Shown: piece after piece, positions 57,633 to 64,000 of the stretch
Layout: every line of letters starts with the position of its first letter
How positions within the stretch are numbered: the stretch's first letter is position 1
NCBI GenBank assembly: GCA_900617105.1
Contig: UYFQ01000023.1
Coordinates: forward strand, 496,001-560,000
Length of the DNA: 64,000 nucleotides
Source: Hydrurus foetidus
Lineage: Eukaryota
Reading direction: 5' to 3'
Position numbers and translations under genes: made by a program
Notes under the pieces: generated by a model
Told to the model about the DNA's origin: nothing
The model's input: only the letters and a program-made list of their open reading frames with translations
Databases searched by the model: none

Positions 57633-60600
57633 CGCTGCTCCTGCGGGCGCAGCTCGGTCAGGCGCGCGGCATCCCGTGCCGGGTCAGCGCGGTATTTGTC
57701 CAGGCGCGAGGTGATGGCTTTCAGGTAGCGGGCAAAGTGCTGCAACGGCCCCCAGGCGGAGACGATCAAGAACCGTTTGGGCATCAAACGGGTGAGCTGT
57801 TGGGCGGCATCTGCTGTGGCTTCGGGGGCGTTTTTGGTGTCTTTGATTTTGCGGGCTGCCGTGGCGTACTCGGCCAAGATGGTGGCTGCCAGCCTCGCCA
57901 CCTCATTGGCGATGAGCGTCAGGCGGCCACGGCCTTCTTCGATGCGGCGTTTGAAGTCGAACTCGTGCGTGGGCAACGGGTCGAGCAAAAAGGCACGGTC
58001 AAGGGCGACGGCGATGATTTGCTCGCGCAGCTCTTCCAAGGTGCCGCCGCCTGAGCCGTCCGCATTTTTGCCCACCTGCATGAAGGTGACGGCCATTTTT
58101 TGCAGGTCAGGGATGTTCTTTTCCAGGTACTTCAGCGCGTCTTTGATCTGCAAGGCGAACAGGCGGCGCAGGCCCGCGCGGTGGCGGGCGGCGGCTACCT
58201 CAGGTTCGTCAAAGACTTCGATGGTGACGGCGTCTCCTGCATCAATCAGACCGGGGTAGCCGATCAGCGTTTGGCCGCCTTTTTGGATTTCGAGCAATTC
58301 GGGCAGCTCGCCAAACGTCCAGGCGGTGTGGCGCTGGGTAGAGAGTGTTGTGGGAGGCGATTCTTTTTTGATAGCTGGTGTAGCACGTCCCGTATGCTGT
58401 AGTGGCTTATTTTCAGGTTCCACGGATGCCTGGGCAGGTGCAGAAGTGCTTGCAGAGGTGGTCGCAGCCGCGTTGCTGGCCATCTTCAGCCCCGCCAGCG
58501 CCTGGAACGCGCCTCGTGCCTGTGCGCCCAACTCGGCTTTGAGGGCACCCAGATTGCGCCCCGTGCCCAGCTGACGACCGTGTTCGTCCACCACACGGAA
58601 GTTCATGAACATGTGGGGGCTGAGCATGTCGGCCTTGATGTCGGCACGCACGATATCGAGCGAAGTCGCCAGCCGCACCAGCTTGAGCAGCGCGTCAATC
58701 AGCGCCCCGTGGCCGAACAGCTCAGGTGTGTTGAGCGTCTCGGCCATCTTGGTAGCGGTGTCGGGCAAGGGCACCAAGCGCGAGCGGGGGCGTTGGTGCA
58801 GGGTTTTAAGCAGCGCCTGGATTTTGTCCTTCAACATGCCCGGCACCAGCCATTCGCAGCGTTCGTCGTTGACTTGGTTCAGCACGAAAAGTGGCACGGT
58901 GACGGTCAGGCCGTCTTTGGCATCGCCCGGCTCGTGCAGGTAGGTGGTGGCGCAGTCCACGCCACCCAGACGGATGCTGCGCGGGAAAGACTGCGCGGTG
59001 ATGCCCGCCGCCTCGTGGCGCATCAGCTCGTCGCGGGTCAACAGCAGCGGATTGGACGCAGCCTTGTCCGCCCGCTGCTGGTCGCGAAGCCAACTCTCCA
59101 GCCCCGCCCCACTGCACACATCCGCTGGCACTTGTGCGTCGTAAAAGGCGTAAATCAACTCGTCATCGACCAGCACATCCTGGCGGCGGGACTTGTGCTC
59201 CAGGTCTTCCACCTGGGCGATCAGCTTTTGGTTCGCGGCCAAAAAGGGCAGCTTGGTGTCCCAATCGCCATTCACCAAAGCTTCGCGGATGAACACTTCC
59301 CGTGCGCCTACCGGGTCAACCCGGCCAAAGTTCACACGCCGTCCGCTGTAAATCACGATGCCATAGAGCGTGGCCCGCTCCAGCGCCGTCACTTCAGCGG
59401 TCTTCTTTTCCCAATGGGGGTCGAGCAACTGCTTTTTGAGCAAATGGTTGGCCACCTGCTCAATCCACTGCGGCTCGATGGCTGCTATGCCCCGGCCAAA
59501 CAGGCGGGTGGTTTCGACCAGCTCGGCACATACGATCCAACGCCCTGGCTTCTTCTTCAAATGTGCGCCGGGGTGGCTGTAGAACTTGATGCCGCGTGCG
59601 CCCAGGTAGACCGCCTCGTCTTCGAGCTTGTAGCCCACATTGCCCAACATGCCAGCCAACATCGAAAGGTGCAGCTGCTCATACGACGCAGCCTGCGTGT
59701 TGATGCGCCATTTGTGCTCGGCCACCACCGTCAGCAACTGGCTGTGGATGTCGCGCCATTCGCGCAGGCGGCGCACGTTGATGAAGTTTTGCCGCAGCAG
59801 GGATTCGTACTGGCGATTGCTGAGTTTGTGGTCAGAGCCCGGCGTACCCTGTGCGCCTTGGCCTCTATCGCCCTTGTTGTCGCCCAACCATTTCCATAAA
59901 TTCAAATAACCCGAGAACTCGCTCTTGTCGTCGTCAAACTTGGCGTGCGCTTGGTCTGCCTGCTGTTGCGCCTCCATAGGCCGGTCACGCACATCCTGCA
60001 CGCTGAGGGCGGAAGCGATCACCAGCACTTCGTCCAGCGCACCGCGCTCACGGGCCTCCAAAATCATGCGGCCCACACGCGGGTCTAGCGGGAGTTTGGA
60101 CAACTCGTGACCGATGCGCGTCAACTCATTCGCCTCGTCCACCGCGCCCAATTCGGCCAGCAATTGGTAGCCGTCAGCAATGGCTTTGGGGCGTGGAGCC
60201 TCCAAAAACGGGAAGCGCTCCACGTCCCCCAGGCGCAAGCCCTTCATGCGCAAAATCACCCCGGCAAGGGAGGAACGCAAGATTTCCGGGTCAGTAAAAC
60301 GCGGGCGGCCGTTGAAGTCTTTTTCGTCATACAGCCGAATGCAAATCCCGTTCGCCACCCGCCCGCAGCGCCCGGCGCGTTGGTTGGCCGACGATTGGCT
60401 GATGGGTTCCACCAGCAATTGCTCTACTTTGCTCCTGAAACTGTAGCGTTTCAAGCGTGCTGTGCCTGCGTCAATCACGTAACGGATGCCGGGAACGGTC
60501 AGTGAAGTCTCCGCCACGTTGGTCGCCAGCACGATGCGCCGTCCGCCGTGGCTGTCAAAAATACGGTCTTGCTCGGTTTGGCTCAGGCGGGCAAACAGCG

Positions 60601-61423
60601 GCAACACCTCAGCGCTGCGGTACAGCGGCTGGTGCGCCAAATGCTTGCGCAAATGGTCAGCCGCCTCGCGAATTTCACGTTCACCGGGCAGAAAGATCAG
60701 GATATCACCCGCGTTATGCGGGTCACGCCAGAGTTCGTCCACACCATCGGCAATGGCGCTGTTGAGGTCGTAATCGCGGGATTCCTCGAACGGGCGGTAA
60801 CGCTGCTCCACCGGAAAAGTCCGCCCCGACACCATGATGACGGGCGCAGGGCCACTTTTGTTCTCGAAGTGCTTGGCAAACCGGTCTGCATCAATCGTGG
60901 CAGAGGTCACGATGACCTTCAAATCCGGGCGGCGCGGCAAAATTTCGCGCAGGTAGCCCAACAAGAAGTCGATGTTCAGGCTGCGCTCGTGCGCCTCGTC
61001 AATGATGATCGTGTCGTAGGCTTTGAGCAGCGGGTCGGTCTGGGTTTCGGCCAGCAAGATACCGTCGGTCATCAGCTTGACCGAGGCATCGCGTGAAAGG
61101 CGGTCTTGAAACCGCACTTTGAAACCGACCACATCGCCCAGCGGCGTGTTCAGTTCCTCTGCAATGCGTTTGGCCACGCTGCTGGCGGCGATACGGCGCG
61201 GCTGGGTGTGGCCAATCATGCGGCGCAAGTGCGGCGGTGTGCCCTCGGGCGCATTGCACTTGCCACGGCCCAGCGCCAGGGCGATTTTGGGCAACTGGGT
61301 CGTTTTGCCGGAGCCGGTTTCACCGCAAACGATGACAACCTGATGGGCACTGATGGCCTCCATGATTTCTTCGCGCTTGGCGGATACAGGGAGGGATTCG
61401 GGGAACTCTATCTTTAGGGGCAT
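57464..61423 (-). CDS. hrpA: ATP-dependent RNA helicase HrpA
   Basis: GETGSGKTT, TQPRR, DEAH, SAT, TNVAETSLT, QRAGRCGR, EELRVSFFAQEL; ATG 61423. Confidence 0.96.
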   Translation of the reverse strand: MPLKIEFPESLPVSAKREEIMEAISAHQVVIVCGETGSGKTTQLPKIALALGRGKCNAPEGTPPHLRRMIGHTQPRRIAASSVAKRIAEELNTPLGDVVGFKVRFQDRLSRDASVKLMTDGILLAETQTDPLLKAYDTIIIDEAHERSLNIDFLLGYLREILPRRPDLKVIVTSATIDADRFAKHFENKSGPAPVIMVSGRTFPVEQRYRPFEESRDYDLNSAIADGVDELWRDPHNAGDILIFLPGEREIREAADHLRKHLAHQPLYRSAEVLPLFARLSQTEQDRIFDSHGGRRIVLATNVAETSLTVPGIRYVIDAGTARLKRYSFRSKVEQLLVEPISQSSANQRAGRCGRVANGICIRLYDEKDFNGRPRFTDPEILRSSLAGVILRMKGLRLGDVERFPFLEAPRPKAIADGYQLLAELGAVDEANELTRIGHELSKLPLDPRVGRMILEARERGALDEVLVIASALSVQDVRDRPMEAQQQADQAHAKFDDDKSEFSGYLNLWKWLGDNKGDRGQGAQGTPGSDHKLSNRQYESLLRQNFINVRRLREWRDIHSQLLTVVAEHKWRINTQAASYEQLHLSMLAGMLGNVGYKLEDEAVYLGARGIKFYSHPGAHLKKKPGRWIVCAELVETTRLFGRGIAAIEPQWIEQVANHLLKKQLLDPHWEKKTAEVTALERATLYGIVIYSGRRVNFGRVDPVGAREVFIREALVNGDWDTKLPFLAANQKLIAQVEDLEHKSRRQDVLVDDELIYAFYDAQVPADVCSGAGLESWLRDQQRADKAASNPLLLTRDELMRHEAAGITAQSFPRSIRLGGVDCATTYLHEPGDAKDGLTVTVPLFVLNQVNDERCEWLVPGMLKDKIQALLKTLHQRPRSRLVPLPDTATKMAETLNTPELFGHGALIDALLKLVRLATSLDIVRADIKADMLSPHMFMNFRVVDEHGRQLGTGRNLGALKAELGAQARGAFQALAGLKMASNAAATTSASTSAPAQASVEPENKPLQHTGRATPAIKKESPPTTLSTQRHTAWTFGELPELLEIQKGGQTLIGYPGLIDAGDAVTIEVFDEPEVAAARHRAGLRRLFALQIKDALKYLEKNIPDLQKMAVTFMQVGKNADGSGGGTLEELREQIIAVALDRAFLLDPLPTHEFDFKRRIEEGRGRLTLIANEVARLAATILAEYATAARKIKDTKNAPEATADAAQQLTRLMPKRFLIVSAWGPLQHFARYLKAITSRLDKYRADPARDAARLTELRPQEQRYWRLVAERKGAVDDRMAEFRWLLEELRVSFFAQELRTPQPVSVKRLDKAWAQIGN
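58360..58414 (-). repeat. Dispersed ~55-bp motif, copy in the hrpA linker
   Basis: Minus strand AAAATAAGC-N28-AGCTAT-CAAAAAA-GAATC; shares CAGCATA-NN-GGACGTGC with the 18265 copy. Confidence 0.65.
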
Positions 61424-61490
61424 GGGGGGATTATCGACAAAGCCAGCCCCCCCTCTGGCCATGCTTCACGCCAAGCAAAGGCGAAAAGGA

Positions 61491-62051
61491 TCAATGCAAA
61501 GCAGCGGCTTGCAGCGACCCCAGCACCATCCCGGCAATCTGCAACAGCAGCAGCAGCACCAAGGGAGACAAATCAATCCCCCCTACCAGCGGCACCGCAC
61601 GGCGGATGGGTTGCAGCGGGGGTTGGCACAGGCGCTCTACCGTGGCGTACAAGGGTGAGCGGGTTTGCACCCACGACAGCACGGTGTAGAGTATCAGCAA
61701 AGCCGTCATGCCAGAGATTGCCAAGCGTGCCACGCCAAACAAGGCCAGCACGGGCAACACCGTCAGCGCACCCTCTGCACCGCCTGCCATGCCCGCGACG
61801 AACCACAGCAGGGCAAACTGCACCAGCTCAATCAGCAAGGCAGCCAGCAAGCTCGCCACATCCCAACCCGCACGAATGGGCAGCACGCGGCGCAGTGGCA
61901 GCACAATCCAATTGCTGACGGCCAGCACGAACTGCCCCAGCGGATTACTGAAAGGCGCACGCAGCCATTGCATGTAGAGCCGCAGCAGGCAAGCGCCGCC
62001 CACCAAGCCCGCAAGCACATCCAGCACCAAAGAAAAAATTGAATACAGCAT
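61491..62051 (-). CDS. yggT: YggT-family membrane protein
   Basis: NPLGQFV..WIVLPLRRVLP, PIRRAVPLVGGIDLSPL. Confidence 0.9.
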   Translation of the reverse strand: MLYSIFSLVLDVLAGLVGGACLLRLYMQWLRAPFSNPLGQFVLAVSNWIVLPLRRVLPIRAGWDVASLLAALLIELVQFALLWFVAGMAGGAEGALTVLPVLALFGVARLAISGMTALLILYTVLSWVQTRSPLYATVERLCQPPLQPIRRAVPLVGGIDLSPLVLLLLLQIAGMVLGSLQAAALH

Positions 62052-62140
62052 GAGAGGCCTAAAACAGAAAATGGGATGATAGTTGCAATCTTTCAGACCC
62101 GTTATCCGACAGTGCGCAACACCCACTCAGCCCCTTCACC

Positions 62141-62731
62141 ATGACACCCAGCACCACGACCCTGCCCCTGTTCCCGCTGCAAACCGTCTTGTTTCCAGGC
62201 GGTCAGCTGTCGCTGCAAATTTTTGAAGTCCGCTACCTGCACATGGTGCGCGCCTGCCACCAGGCCGGTACACCATTTGGCGTGGTGTGCCTGACTTCAG
62301 GCAGTGAAATACAAAAAGCGGGCAATGCCACAGAGCAGCTGCACACCGTGGGCACGCTGGCGCACATTGACCACTTGGATACCGTACAAGCCGGTTTGCT
62401 GCGTATCCAGTGCAGTGGCACCCAGCGCTTTCGCGTCTCGCAAGCGCACCAGCAAGCCAATGGCCTGTGGGTTGCAGAAGTTGAGTTGCTGCCCAACGAC
62501 CAGTCCACACCCTTGCCTGAAGACTTGCAGGCATGCGCCGAAAGCCTGGCTGAATTTATCGAGCCGCCCCAGGGCGACCTGGACTTGACCCTGGCCGATT
62601 GCGGCTGGGTCGCCAACCGCTGGTGCGAACTGCTGCCCCTGGCCCCACACACCAAACAGCAGTTGATGGCGCTGGACAACCCACTGCTGCGCTTGGAGCT
62701 GGTCAACGATATGCTGAGTGCGTCCAACTGA
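62141..62731 (+). CDS. LON peptidase substrate-binding (N-terminal) domain protein
   Basis: LPLFPLQTVLFPGG.L.LQIFEVRY, GTQRFRV, WVANRWCELLP. Confidence 0.9.
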   Translation: MTPSTTTLPLFPLQTVLFPGGQLSLQIFEVRYLHMVRACHQAGTPFGVVCLTSGSEIQKAGNATEQLHTVGTLAHIDHLDTVQAGLLRIQCSGTQRFRVSQAHQQANGLWVAEVELLPNDQSTPLPEDLQACAESLAEFIEPPQGDLDLTLADCGWVANRWCELLPLAPHTKQQLMALDNPLLRLELVNDMLSASN

Positions 62732-62857
62732 GCACCGCATTCGCCCACCGCTGCATGCGATGGTGAGCAGCCATTTCCTGATCCGATAATCGACTACAGC
62801 GCTCGTGCTTGGCACAAACGCCCGTTTATCGAACGTGTATTGACGCAGGGAACCTAG

Positions 62858-64000
62858 ATGAAAAAAATGCCCAAAGGCCGAACGCTGACCGAGTTTCAGC
62901 CCCTGAAGCCAGGCGAAACGGCGCTGCTGAATGCTTGCGCCAACGGTGAAGTTGCAGATTTAGGACGTACCCGCCCCACCGAAAAGTCCGAGAACAACAC
63001 GGTCAGGGCCAGCTTCATCCGCTTTTTAGCGTTAGGCGGTGACGCACAGGCACCTGTACATGAACACGGCGTTCAACTTCAAGGGGCATGGGTTGAAGAG
63101 CCACTGAACTTAACGGGCACAGTCACACCAAGCAATTTGTCGCTGTGCGATTCCCACTTTGAATTCACGCCTGTGCTTGATGGTGCAGAAATAGTGGGAA
63201 CACTCGATCTTTCCGGCAGTTTTTTGCCTTGTCTTCATGCAGACCGCGCAGTGATCAAAGGCAGCGTTTTCCTGAAAAACGGGTTCAACTCTATCGGTGA
63301 AGTCCGACTGCTAGGGGTGCAGATTGGCAGCAGTTTGGATTGTCAAGGTGCCAAGCTGGATGGCAAAGATGGCAAATCTCTGTCTGCGGATCGTGCAATC
63401 ATCAAAGGCAACGTTTTCCTGTCAATCGGTTTCAGCGCTATCGGTGAAGTCCGGCTGCTGGGGGCTCGGATTGGCGGCAATTTGGATTGTCATGATGCCA
63501 ATCTGGATGGCAAAGATGGCGACTCCCTGTCTGCGGATGGCATGACCGTGGGCGGTGCATTTCGCTTTTGTGACTTGATGGAACCTGCAATGGGCGTCAG
63601 TCTTGCCTCCGCAAAAGTGGGCCGACTGATTGACGATGCGGCCTCTTGGGGTGGAGAACTGACATTGGACGGGTTTGTCTATGCGCATCTGGCAGGTGGT
63701 GCGCCCACCGATGCGGTGACACGCCTGATCTGGCTTAACAAGCAGTCCGCACAGTTCACAAGCACAGAAGGATTTCGACCACAACCGTGGAAGCAACTGC
63801 AAACCGTATTGCGCAGCATGGGGCACGCAGAAGACGCTCGGCAGGTAGCTATTGCGTTTGAAGACCATTTGCGCTCAGCGAAACTCATTGGACAGACGCC
63901 AACAGAATGGGGTGCATGGCGACGCAAGGCCTACGGTGGTGTCGCAAGAGGGGCACATTTTTTATTCAAAAAACTGATGGGCTACGGATACCGCCCGCTT
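62858..64000 (+). CDS. Repeat-containing protein of the family often labelled 'membrane-associated oxidoreductase' (partial, runs off the window)
   Basis: Missing from the ORF track (no stop in the window); hand translation MKKMPKGRTL..VRASFIRFLALGGDAQAPVHEHGVQLQGAW; later LDGFVY and FRPQPWKQL motifs. Confidence 0.7.
   Translation, partial: MKKMPKGRTLTEFQPLKPGETALLNACANGEVADLGRTRPTEKSENNTVRASFIRFLALGGDAQAPVHEHGVQLQGAWVEEPLNLTGTVTPSNLSLCDSHFEFTPVLDGAEIVGTLDLSGSFLPCLHADRAVIKGSVFLKNGFNSIGEVRLLGVQIGSSLDCQGAKLDGKDGKSLSADRAIIKGNVFLSIGFSAIGEVRLLGARIGGNLDCHDANLDGKDGDSLSADGMTVGGAFRFCDLMEPAMGVSLASAKVGRLIDDAASWGGELTLDGFVYAHLAGGAPTDAVTRLIWLNKQSAQFTSTEGFRPQPWKQLQTVLRSMGHAEDARQVAIAFEDHLRSAKLIGQTPTEWGAWRRKAYGGVARGAHFLFKKLMGYGYRPL
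63242..63540 (+). repeat. Two ~147-bp (49-aa) intragenic tandem units
   Basis: CTATCGGTGAAGTCCG at 63291 and 63438; GGATGGCAAAGATGGC..CTGTCTGCGGAT also recurs. Confidence 0.85.

Noticed and set aside
63242..63540. Repeats considered as a CRISPR array or DGR template/variable pair
   Set aside because: In-frame protein repeats with no unique spacers, no cas or reverse transcriptase gene, and differences not restricted to adenines. The same reasoning applies to the 4280/6125 pair.

Overview
A GC-rich betaproteobacterial chromosome segment. Gene order (yejABEF-fabI; pilU-holC-pepA-lptFG-cbiX-cysB; hrpA-yggT) and protein style suggest Comamonadaceae, which is an inference. A housekeeping backbone is interrupted by accessory blocks: (1) a VapBC pair; (2) an MCP plus a DUF1330/LysR cassette bracketed by two copies of the 5' end of a lipocalin-like gene; (3) a DUF6502 regulator-like gene with divergent lipoproteins and a strong palindrome; (4) a Lig E-type ATP-dependent ligase; (5) an integrase-less defence islet at tRNA-Ser(GGA) with a type I RM system and an AAA/PD-(D/E)xK gene; (6) an orphan ArnT-like gene; (7) a heavy-metal RND locus; (8) an orphan solute-binding protein with a GGDEF/EAL sensor that reads through into hrpA. 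The most unusual signal is a dispersed ~55-bp fixed-spacing motif (AAAACWGGC-N27-AGCTAT-N7-ATAGC-like), with 5-6 copies, most of them inside coding sequences without breaking frames. No CRISPR array, rRNA, integrase or transposase was seen. All calls are by eye from motifs; no database searches were run.
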